Source: Terriglobia bacterium
GTDB taxonomy: Bacteria > Acidobacteriota > Terriglobia > 20CM-2-55-15
Assembly: GCA_965198225.1 (NCBI GenBank)
Contig: CBDAOY010000009.1
Location: 640,001 to 704,000, forward strand
Reading direction: 5' to 3'
Length of the DNA stretch: 64,000 nt
Shown here: positions 31,036-41,400 of the stretch, in pieces
Layout: the number at the start of each line of letters is the position of its first letter
How positions within the stretch are numbered: position 1 is the first letter of the stretch
Program-made: the position numbers and the translations under genes
The notes under the pieces: model-generated
What the model saw: only the letters and a program-made list of their open reading frames with translations
Told to the model about the DNA's origin: nothing
The model's database searches: none

Positions 31036-31737
31036 GTGACGCAGTTGAAAGAAACAGGAACGGTCGTGGTGGTGCTGCCCGCCTGCAACGAGGTGGCCAC
31101 GGTCGGTAGCGTAGTTTCTAGGATCCCGCCCGTCATTGAGCAGATGAAGGTTGTCCCTGTCGTGGTCGACGATGGATCTGAAGACGATACGGCCACGGCT
31201 GCCCGCGGGGCTGGGGCTCTGGTGGTTCGGCATATCACGAACCTTGGTGTCGGTGCCGCGACGCGCACCGGGTAAGCTGCGAAGAGGCTGAACGCAGACT
31301 TCGTCGTCACGATGGATGCCGATGGCCAGCATGACCCCCGCGACCTCCCGCCCCTCGTGAAATGCGCTCTCGACGGGGGCTACGATGTTGTAATCGGCAA
31401 CCGCATGATCAGTCCCAAGGGAATGCCACCATCCCGCGTCCTGGCGAACTGGCTACTGAATGCCATCACTTTGATTACCTTCCGTGGCACGGTGACCGAC
31501 TCCCAGTCGGGCTACAAGTGTATGTCCCGGCAAACCTTGAAAGTGATGGAACTCAGAGCCGATGGTTACGACATATGTTCGGAGATCGTTGGAGAGATAT
31601 TCTCCAAGGGACTCCGGTACAAGTCGCTGCCCGTCAGGGCCCTTTACAGCAGCTATTCAAGAGCGAAGGGGCAACACTTTCTGAACGGTATCAACATCAT
31701 CCTCCATTTGTTTGTCCGCATGATGAGGCGCGTTTGA
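31036..31737 (+). CDS. GT2 polyprenol-phosphate glycosyltransferase (in-frame TAA at 31273-31275)
   Basis: VVDDGSEDDT, NLGVGAA, MDADGQH, TDSQSGYK all in one frame, interrupted by one stop codon. Confidence 0.78.
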
Positions 31738-31739
31738 AA

Positions 31740-32129
31740 ATGATCCTCTTCGCAAAAGCCTTTTCCATCGTCCTTGCCGCTGTTGCCATTTCCAAGAGCT
31801 ATGTCGATTTTCGATCCCGGAAGGAGTCGGCCCAGATGTTCCTGCTTTTGGACCTTGACCTGGGTTGCCATCGTCCTGGTCGCGCTGTTCCCTTCGATGA
31901 TCGATGTTCTGATCGGTGTCGGGGGGGGAGGGCCGGAATCGGTACTTTCCTGGGAATGGCGATCGTGTTTAATTTGTTTCTGGTCTACCGAACCTACGTT
32001 CGAATGGAGGCGCTGGAACAGAAAGTAACGGCTGTCGTTCAGGCGTTGGCTCTCGACGATAAATGGGAATCGGCTTCGGCCGCTGGAGCGGCGCTGGAGG
32101 CGGACCGGCCTGCCACCGAGAAGCTGTAG
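31740..32129 (+). CDS. DUF2304-like small membrane protein (two compensating frameshifts)
   Basis: Three TM segments plus a C-terminal EQKVTAVVQALAL coil; follows a DPM-like GT2. Confidence 0.65.
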   Translation: MILFAKAFSIVLAAVAISKSYVDFRSRKESAQMFLLLDLDLGCHRPGRAVPFDDRCSDRCRGGRAGIGTFLGMAIVFNLFLVYRTYVRMEALEQKVTAVVQALALDDKWESASAAGAALEADRPATEKL

Positions 32130-32145
32130 GGGCGGGGTCGGGATC

Positions 32146-32544
32146 CTACTGCTTTCGATCCAGCTCCACGGCCATGTCACCCTCTTCGACAATGTCGCAC
32201 GTGTCGGGGTCAGGCACTATCTGGGACGCTACACCGAGAATCTTGTCGTCCGTGACGATCACGATCTGCCACTCCGTGTCAAACTCGCACTCGCGGCCGT
32301 TCTGCAGCTTTGCTTTGAAGCGGCCGTTGCCCTTGTAAGTGTTCGGTTCGTCCGTGCCTTTCAGATCCATCTCGTACTCGAGATAAGTGGGGTTTGAGCC
32401 CGAAACGATCTGCGCCTTGATGTCGCTGCCCACCAGCGTGAACTCGAATTCTGATCCGCTGGGAGCAACCCAGATACCGTTGGGATCGTTTTTTGGTATC
32501 ACTTGAGTCAGGCTCAGGAAGCCGACTAGCAGAAGCGTTCGCAT
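32146..32544 (-). CDS. Small exported hypothetical protein
   Basis: Signal-like MRTLLLVGFLSL, beta-rich, two Cys. Confidence 0.65.
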   Translation of the reverse strand: MRTLLLVGFLSLTQVIPKNDPNGIWVAPSGSEFEFTLVGSDIKAQIVSGSNPTYLEYEMDLKGTDEPNTYKGNGRFKAKLQNGRECEFDTEWQIVIVTDDKILGVASQIVPDPDTCDIVEEGDMAVELDRKQ

Positions 32545-32650
32545 GGAATCATCATAGGTTCTCAGGATGGCGCTTGGCAAGAACGACGGTTGCGGGGCAA
32601 GGCGGTTGACGGACCATTGCCGGCAGCGACTGTTTGGAGCGCTCGGCCTA

Positions 32651-33192
32651 AGCAGCCCGTGGCAGAAGTCTGATGGCTCGCGTTACGGCGGCGTTGCGCC
32701 AGATGCTAGTGTCCTGTAACAGAGAGAGTGATAGTGGCGTTGCGAGCGCAACGGTACCGGATTCTAGGAGCGCCGCCCGAGGTAATGCCGCTTCATTGCG
32801 AGAAGGCGCGACAACGAAGACGGTGCTGTTCCGCCGCAACCCGAAGGGACGATGGGTCTTGCCAGCCACGCAGAGGAGCTAGGACACCGGCGTTTTTCGT
32901 GCGGCAATGACTCGTGAGAGGACCCGCAAGGCCCATCGGCGACGCTGTCACTATCTCTGTGACAGGCCACTAGTCTAGGCGCCAAACGACCGATCGGCGG
33001 GTCCGGAGAAAATGTCGCGCGGCAACGACGCCCCGGTGGGACGCCGCCGTAACCCTCCGGGCGAGCGGGGTTTGCGGTCGGATACTTTGTTGCTCGTCGT
33101 CATGATGAAATAGCATCAGTTCCTCCTCGCGCCTCGTCTCCGCCTCCGAAGACCCGTGCGCGCGAACCATCAGACTTCTGCCACTGGCTGCT
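32651..33192. mobile_element. MITE-like element with ~32-bp terminal inverted repeats
   Basis: AGCAGCCCGTGGCAGAAGTCTGATGGCTCGCG versus the reverse complement of CGCGAACCATCAGACTTCTGCCACTGGCTGCT (2 mismatches); no coding capacity. Confidence 0.75.
32710..32969. mobile_element. Second MITE-like element nested in the first, flanked by CTAG direct repeats
   Basis: CTAG-TGTCCTGTAACAGAGAGAGTGATAG ... CTGTCACTATCTCTGTGACAGGCCA-CTAG imperfect inverted ends. Confidence 0.72.
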
Positions 33193-33239
33193 AGCGCCGT
33201 TATACTTACCTACCGTCGTATGAGGCCTGGCCAAGAGAC

Positions 33240-34306
33240 ATGAAAAAGAAGACCGGGAAAGCACCCGTTTCCCTCTGGCATTGGTGGGGTTTGATCGCGG
33301 TGTGTCTGCTTGTCTTTGCGAATAGTCTCACGGGCGGGTTTGTCTGGGACGATGAGGTCCAGGTCGTCAACGTCAAGAATCCAAGGATTCGGAGTGTGGA
33401 CGTTGGCGGCGCCTTCGGATCCGGCGTCTGGGATTTTGCGGTTACCGAAGAGACGAGAACGAACTACTACCGTCACGTGCAGACCCTGACGTATTCGGTT
33501 GCGTATCTTCTGGCGGGTCTGGCCCCGTGGGCATACCACCTGTTCAGCCTTCTTTGTCATGTCGTCGCGGTTACGGTTTTGTTCGGAATACTGATCGAGC
33601 TTTCGTTCTTCATCCAGGGCGGAACGCTACCTCTACATTCCCACGCTCGGGCTGGCGCTGGCGTCGGCAATCGTTCTGGAACGAACGCGGTGGCGATGGC
33701 GAGGCCCGCTGACGTGGACGCTCGTCGCTATATTCGCGGCTATGAACCTTGTCAGGAATCAGGACTGGCAGGACCGCGAGACACTTTACCGCACAACGCT
33801 CGAAGCGAACGCGGCGAAATGCCGCGTTTCAAAGTAGTATCGGTGACATCGCGATGAGACGTGGCGACGAAGCGGCGGCTCGAGAACATTTCGAGAACGC
33901 TCTCGATGCGATCGACCAAGAGGTGTACTACTTCACCAGTTGCGAGAAACATCGTGCGCTCATAGGTCTGGGAGCGCTGGCGGCGCCGACGAAGGATTAC
34001 CCGCAAGCCCGGCGTCGGCTGAGGGAGACGCTGGACACCAATCCTCGCGGCGACTGGGCCTACCTGGGAGGCGCTCTTCTGGAGGCTGACAGGGACTACA
34101 GACGTGCCGTCGAGCACTTTGAAAAGGCAATAGAACTGGGGCCTACGAACGAAGTTGCCCGCGACTACATGGGAATCGCGCTCCTGAACAGTGGACGCTA
34201 CCGGGAGGCCATCCCCTATTTCCAGGAATCGCTGGAAATCAACCCCAACTACGCGGATGCGCGTCTTCACCTCGAGATCGCGGAACGCCGACTGCATCCG
34301 GAGTGA
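33240..34306 (+). pseudogene. Second TMTC-like GT-C/TPR gene with a large internal deletion and frameshifts
   Basis: FVWDD and YYRH...AYHLFSLLCH N-terminus jumps at ~33617 to AERYLYIP...RNQDW in another frame, then TPR repeats. Confidence 0.72.
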
Positions 34307-35280
34307 GCGAATCGATGGACATTATGGAAGAGATCGCACGCGTGCTGGACATCGAGATCGAGGCACTGCAATCGGTCCGTGAGAACCTCACCAGCCAGTT
34401 CGAGGACGCGGTACAGGCCATCGCGGGATGCGAGAGCCAGGTGTTCGTGAGCGGCATCGGCAAGTCGGGCATCATCGCTCAGAAGATCGCGGCCACCTTC
34501 CGTAGCACCGGTACGCCGGCTCTCTTTCTGCATGCGGTGGACGCGTTGCACGGTGACGTGGGTGTCGTGCGAGCAGGGGATGTCGTCCTGGCTGTGGGTA
34601 AGAGCGGGGAGAGCGGCGAGCTGAACGCCCTGCTGCGAGTTCTGAAGAGAGCCGGGCTGGCGGTCATATCTATTACATCGAACCCGACCTCTGCGATGGC
34701 TGGGCTCTCCGATATTGTGCTGAATCTTGATGTGCCGCGTGAAGCCTGCCCCCTGAATCTGGCACCGACCGCGAGCACCACAGCAGCCCTGGCCGTCGGC
34801 GACGCCTTGGCCGTAGCGCTGATGAGAATGAACGAGGTTTCCGAGGAAGACTTCGCCCGGCGTCATCCCGGCGGACAGTTGGGGAAACGCTTGCTGTTGA
34901 GGGTCGATGACGTCATGCGCAAAGGCGCCGAGAATCCGATAGTGGACTCCGAACAGTCTGTCAGGGAGATGCTCGTCGCCATCACAGCGTTTCGGGTTGG
35001 CGCTATTTCGGTGGTCGACAAGGAAGGAAAGCTGCTGGGATTGGTGACAGACTACGATATTCGCAAGGCGCTGGAAGGCGGCGACAACATAGCGGCGATG
35101 TCGATCGTGGACATCATGAACAAGGGACCCGCGACCATCCAGCACCACGTGAGAGCTTCCGAAGCCCTCGAGCTGATGAGGATCCGGAAGAAGCCGACCG
35201 CCGTGATGCCGGTGCTGGATGAGGGTGGCGTCGTGGTCGGCATGGTGCATCTGCACGACTTGGTTGCCGCCGGCGTGTAG
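34303..35280 (+). CDS. kdsD: Arabinose-5-phosphate isomerase, KpsF/GutQ family (SIS + CBS)
   Basis: GIGKSG, HGDVG, EACPLNLAPTASTT, HPGGQLG, two CBS domains. Confidence 0.9.
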   Translation: MSESMDIMEEIARVLDIEIEALQSVRENLTSQFEDAVQAIAGCESQVFVSGIGKSGIIAQKIAATFRSTGTPALFLHAVDALHGDVGVVRAGDVVLAVGKSGESGELNALLRVLKRAGLAVISITSNPTSAMAGLSDIVLNLDVPREACPLNLAPTASTTAALAVGDALAVALMRMNEVSEEDFARRHPGGQLGKRLLLRVDDVMRKGAENPIVDSEQSVREMLVAITAFRVGAISVVDKEGKLLGLVTDYDIRKALEGGDNIAAMSIVDIMNKGPATIQHHVRASEALELMRIRKKPTAVMPVLDEGGVVVGMVHLHDLVAAGV

Positions 35281-35373
35281 ACCTCAGAGTGGCCGTCAAT
35301 CCTTCCCGAAGCGAACTAAAGGCCACGTTAGTTCGCGGTTCCAATCAACGCTTAGTCCTCGACTAGGAAACGC

Positions 35374-35402
35374 TTTACAAGTTTTGGTCCTGAGGGTAAG
35401 TT
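35374..35402 (+). promoter_or_regulatory. Possible sigma70 promoter of the giant surface protein gene
   Basis: TTTACA-17 bp-TAAGTT, downstream of a hairpin at 35311-35336. Confidence 0.35.
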
Positions 35403-35450
35403 GTGCGTCTCACTTCTAATCAGCACTGTACTGAGGGGAACGCACAGGGG

Positions 35451-38400
35451 ATGACAGTTCGGATCGCCAGACTTGTCTGCCGGGGGCTCGCTCTATGCCT
35501 GGCAACTGCCCTGCTGCCGTCCGTCCTGTCCGCCCACTTGTCTGCCGGGGGCTCGCTCTATGCCTGGCAACTGCCCTGCTGCCGTCCGTCCTGTCCGCCC
35601 AATCCATCCTTAATTTCCCGCGAGTAATCTCATCGGATCAGGTGTTTACGGGGATCGCGGTGGGGAACCCGACGCCGAATATGGTGACGGTGACGTTCAC
35701 CGCGTTTGTGGCGGACGGGAGCCTGGTGGCGGGCGGGGGAGTAGAGAACCCGACGACGAAGATGATCGCCGCCGGGGGCCAGCTGGCGCGGCAGTATTCG
35801 GAGTTGTTCGGGAGCGCAGACTTCAACGGGTGGGTGCAGGCGACTTCGGCAAGCGGGGGGTTGACCGGATTCTTCCTGAACGCGAACCCGGCACTGACGG
35901 ACCTGGACGGAGCGCTGGCGCTGTCGGCAGGGGTCAAGTTCGTGTTGCCTTTTGCCGCCGAGGATGCGACCGAGAAGACCGAGCTGACGGTGGTGAACCC
36001 GGGAGACGAGTCGGCAACGGCGACGCTGACGCTCTATGGCAGCGATGGGTCGGTGCTGGGAACGGGGACGGTGACGCTGCCGGCAAAGACATTGACGCGG
36101 CAGACACTGGCCGGGGTGTTTCCGGAAGCCGAGCTTCAGACGGCGTCGCACGTGGTGGTCCAGGGAGACCGCGCGCTGCTGGCGCACGAGATCGTGGCGA
36201 ACTTCCAGGTCGCGGGGACGACGTTCCGGCGGGAGACGATCGCGCTGGGAGGGCGGACGCCGACCGGGTCGACGCGACAGATTCTGCCGCAGTTTGTGAC
36301 CGGCGCGGGGTGGTTGTCGTTCCTGGGGCTGGTGAACACGGCGGCCACGTCTCAGGACGTGGTGCTGACGGCGCGGATGGATGACGGGACAGCATGGGAT
36401 CTGCCGGAGAACCCCAAGACGGTGACGCTCGGAGCGAACGGGGGATGGCGGGGGACGGTAGCCGAGCTGTTCGGGATCACCGACGGAGCGGCGCAGTTCC
36501 GGGCAGGGTGGATCGACATCGCGACACCGGTGGGTTTTCTGACGTCCTACATCGGGTTCGGGAACGAGGCGACGGCGTCGTTTGCGCTGGTGGCGGGCGT
36601 GGAAGATACCGCCGCATCGAAGCTGCAGGTGTATTCGCAGGTGGCGGAAGGGGGCCTTCTCTTCACAGGGCTGACGGTGGTCAACCCCAGCCAGAGCGAA
36701 GCAACGTTCGAGTTTTTCACCTTGCGGTCCGACGGGACGACGGTCGGGAAATCGACGTTGACGGTGCCGCCAAACGGCCGTGTCGGCCGGCTGTACCGAG
36801 AGTTGCTACCGGCGGCGTTGGGGCAGGTGGGCGGCTGGGCGTACCTGCGATCGAGCGTGGAAGTGGTGGGCGCGGTGCTATTTGGGGGGACCAACGGGTT
36901 TGCGCTGGCGAATGTGCCCGCCGAGGCGATCGGGACGGACTTCATCCCGCCCGCACAGGTGGCGGCGGCGATCACGGGGACGGTCCGTCAGGACGGGATC
37001 GGGGTTGACGACGTGACGGTGAGCTTGACGGGGCCGGTGGCGACGACGACGACGACGGACGCGGAGGCGAGATACATCTTCGGGCAGTTGCCGGCGGGGA
37101 CCTACACGCTGAGCGCGTCCCGGGCCGGAGCCCAGGTGGTGCCGGCGGAACGGACGGTGGATCTGGGGCTGGAGAACCTAACCGACGAGGACTTCACCGC
37201 CGGGGGGGTAGTGCCCTCGGACGCGCCGACGCTGAGTTTCATCACGCCGTCATCGGCATTCACAGGGACGAATTTACTCAGCATCAAGGTGTTGGGGACG
37301 AACTTCAATCCGGCGTCGGTGGTGGAGTTCAACGGTACACCTCTGCAGACGACGTTTGTCAGCTCGGTGGAACTGCAGGCTGTCGTCACGGCCAGCCAGC
37401 TGGGGCTGATCGGAAACGTGGAGATCACCGTGAAGACGCCGCCGCCGGGAGGGGGAACGTCGACGCCGGCCGCGTTCGTCGTGATCGCGGTACCTGACAA
37501 CCCGTTGATCGAAGGCCGAGTGGCGGTCGGGTCGTTCCCGGCAGGGGTGGCGATCCATCCGACGCGTAAGATCGCGTTGGTGACGAATGAATCCAGCGAC
37601 AACGTGAGCGTGATCGACCTGGAGACCCAGGAAGTGATCGAGACGATCGCAGTGGGTCGGAGTCCGGGAGAAGGGATCGACACCATGCCGGACGGGACCT
37701 GGCGGTGGTGGCCAATGTCGGCAGCGACAACGTGAGCGTGATCGACCTGGAGACGATGGAAGTGACGGCGACGCTGAAGGTGGGACGGTTTCCGATCGGG
37801 GTGGCGATCGACGAGACACGCGACCTGGCGGTGGTGACGAACGGAGAAGACGGGAACGTGTCGCTGATCCACCTGCCGACACCGGAAGTGGTGTTCGAGG
37901 TTGCGGTGGGGGACCGGCCGGCGGGGGTGGCGATCCATTCGGGGCTGGGGATCGCGGTGGTGGCGAACCGCGGGAACGACAACGTGTCGTTGATCGACCT
38001 GGATGCGCGAGCGAACGTGGCGACGATACCGGTGGAAGGAGACTTTCCGCGGGGCGTGGCGATCCATGAAGGGAAGAACCTGGCGGTTGTGGCCAACGCC
38101 GGCGGCAACACGATCAGTTTGATCGACGTGGCCGCTCGGCGGTTGTTGAGCAACCTTGCGGTGGGGACGGCGCCGACGGGAGTAGGTGTCCACGAGTTGA
38201 CGAGCCAGGCGGTGGTGAGCAACAGCGGGCTGGTGCGGGGGTCCACGGATCTGGGGGGGTTGACGACGGCATCGATCGTCGACCTGGAAGGGGAGGAATT
38301 GGTAGAGGACGTGCCGGTTGGGAGCGCGGCATTCGGGGTGGACGTGGATGAAGCGTCGCAGATGGCGGTCGTGGCCAACTTCGGCAGTAACGATGTGACG

Positions 38401-41400
38401 CTTATCCGGGTGCCGTTCGCGACGCCACGCTTGAACGACGTGCAGCCGAAGACTCTTCCGCCCGGGGTTACGGAGCACGAGATCACGGTGACGGGGACGG
38501 GGTTCGCACCGATATCGGTGGTGACGCTGAACGGGCAGCCGCTGCCGACGACGTTCGTCAGCTCGACGGAGTTGCGGGCGACATTGTCAGGGGAATTGCT
38601 GGAGCAGTTGCTGCAGGTGAGTTCGATATCGGCCGACGAGGCGCAGCCGGTGCGTTTTGACGCGACGGTTCCGCTGGTGTTCGGGGTTGTGACAGGAGAC
38701 AAGCAATCGGACCCGCAGGCGGCCCCGCTGGCGACCACGATTCAGCGGCTGCCGGAGGCGGCGTTCTTAGTTTCGGTGGACCCGGACCGGTTGACCGCCG
38801 GACCTGACGGGGGGACGCTGACATTTGGAGGTCGCGGGATCACCGCGAACACGATCGCGCACTTCGGGGACCTGCAGCTTCCCGGGCGCGATACGTCGCC
38901 GACCGAGATAACGGTAGACGTTCCGGGTCCACTCGAGCCGGGCAATGTGACCGTATCCCTGGAGAACCTGCCGGTTGTGATCGACGGCCAGTCTCTTGGA
39001 GGAGGGAGAAGTCGGTCCCTGACGGTTTTGATCGAGGAGGAGGTGCTCCCGGTACTGAACCCGGTGGTCACGGCGGTGTCGCCGTCCTCGGTACTGCAGG
39101 GCTCGGCATCGATAGTCTTGAATATATCGGGTCGGAACTTCGAACCGGGCATCACGACGGTGACGTTCGGGGACCGGGAGTTGGACGCGACGGTGACGGA
39201 GAATTTGATCGAAGCGCCGGCACCGGACGACGCGTTCGAAACCACGGGGACAGTGTCGGGAGTTGTGGACTCGCTTGGCAAGACGGCCTCGTTCTCGATC
39301 ACCGTGCTGCCCAGGCCGGTGTCGATCAGTGCGATCGATCCGACAGTAGCCGAAGCGGGATTGGATTCGCTCCGCGTGACGGTGTCAGGGTCGAATTTCC
39401 CGCGGGACACGATGGTCACGGTGGACGGGACGGGGGTATCGACCGACTTCCTGGATGCGACGACGGTGGTGGGGACGATACCGAGTGTGTTCCTGGCCAC
39501 GCCGGGGCCTCTCACGATCTCCGTGGATGTACCGCTGGTCGGGGAGGCGGTCACGGGTCTGACGCTGGAGCTCCGGAACCCGGCGCCGGTGGCCGAGAGT
39601 TTGGACCCGTCGGAGGTAAGCCTGGCGGCAGATTTTCCCATCCGGGTGATCGTGACGGGACGGAACTTGGTTCGGGCCTCGAGGGTGCATGTCGATGGAG
39701 CGGCGGTCGATACGACCTTCCTCAACTCGACGAGCCTGGCTTTTGAGTTGACGCGCGGGCCCGGAATCCAGAGTTTGCTATCGGTGGATGGCGGGGCGAT
39801 ACCGTCGTTGCTGGCCGTATCGGGGGCGGGGAGGCTGTCAGTGACGGTGGTGAATCCGGATCCGGGCGGCGGGACCTCCGACGCGTTGGTGTTCACGATT
39901 CGCCAACTAGTTCCGAGGATCGATGCGGCCGACCCCGATTCGGTGCGTTTCAATAGCTCGAGGTCGACGACGATCACGCTGACGGGAGGCGGGTTTGTTG
40001 CCAACTCCGAAGTGTCGGTGGATGGCAGCCCGGCGGCGACCGTCTTTGTCGATGCCAACACCCTGACGTTTGACCTCCCTGCGGGGACGGCAGCGGGAGA
40101 CCACGACATCACGGTAACGAACGATGTGACATCCAACAGCGTTACGATCACGGTCACCCGCCCGCCTCCCACTGTGTCGAGTGTGCGACCCGACAGTGGA
40201 GTCGAAGGCACGCCGCACGACGTCGACATCGTCGGTGGGAACTTCGTCGCCGGGGCGGAGGTTCTGGTGGACGGACAGCCCAGCGGCGGCAAGTTCGGCG
40301 GGCCCACGTCGATGTCGGTGACGCTTGACTCCGCGCCCGCCGGCACACGGTCGATCTCGGTCAGGAACCCGGACGGAACCGAATCCAACGCCGTGGACTT
40401 CACCGACATCCCGGAACCCGTCCGGGTTCCCCGAATCCGATCGGTTTCGCCGGGGCCATCGGACATTAAGGCCGGCGACACCGTGACGATCATCGCGGAC
40501 GGGCTCATTCGAGGCACCCAAGTTTTCCACTCCGACACTGACGTCGGTATCGCCGACGAATCCTGTGGCAGGCCAGTCGATCATAATGACCCTGACCGGA
40601 ACGAATTTTACTCCCGGTTCAACCGTAACGCTCGCCGGTGGCCTGGAGACTTCGGCAACCGTGACCAACGTGGAGTTCGTCAGCTCGACCACGTTGAACG
40701 TGACGATCAGCATCGACTCGGGACACTCCGGTGGTTACACCTTCAAGGTGACGACGGGCAACGGTCAGAGCGGCACGGTCGGGTTCACGATCGTGAACGA
40801 CAAGGCGACCGTCACGTCGGTCGCACCGAACTCGGGGACCCAGGGTGCGATCGTTCCCGTCACGATTACTGGGAACCAGTTCACCGGCGCGACGTCGGTC
40901 AACACCAGTGCCGGGATCGTCCTGTCCTTCACGGTCAACAGCAACACTGAGATCAGCGCGGTGCTCCAGCTGAACGCATCGGCCGGGGCTAAATTCGTCA
41001 GCGTCACCAATGCTGCCGGTTCTTCCGGTACGGTGACGTTTACGATCAACTCCAGCGCCATCACGAGTGCAACCTCGCTGGTGATCAGCTCCCTGGCCGG
41101 AAGCCAGGGCTTTGGAACCGAAGATGGGACCGGATCGGCGGCCGCGTTCAATACGCCGAACGGGTCCGCCGTGTACAACGGCAGCATCTACGTCGCGGAC
41201 TTCGTCAACCACACCATCCGGAGAATCGTGATTTCGAGCGGTGTCGTGACGACGATTGCCGGCAAGGCGGGAGAGTCGGGATCCGCGGACGATGCTTCAG
41301 GCGGGGATGATGCTCGTTTCAACGGTCCGACTGGAATCGCGAGCGATGGATCCGAGACCCTGTTCATCACGGATCAGCTCAACCACACCATCCGAAAGAT

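Noticed and set aside
15599-37700. Programmed frameshifting or mass pseudogenisation (gspI, gspK, gspM, GT4, DUF2304, giant protein)
   Set aside because: No shared slippery motif; scattered 1-2 bp indels in otherwise conserved genes look like long-read errors.
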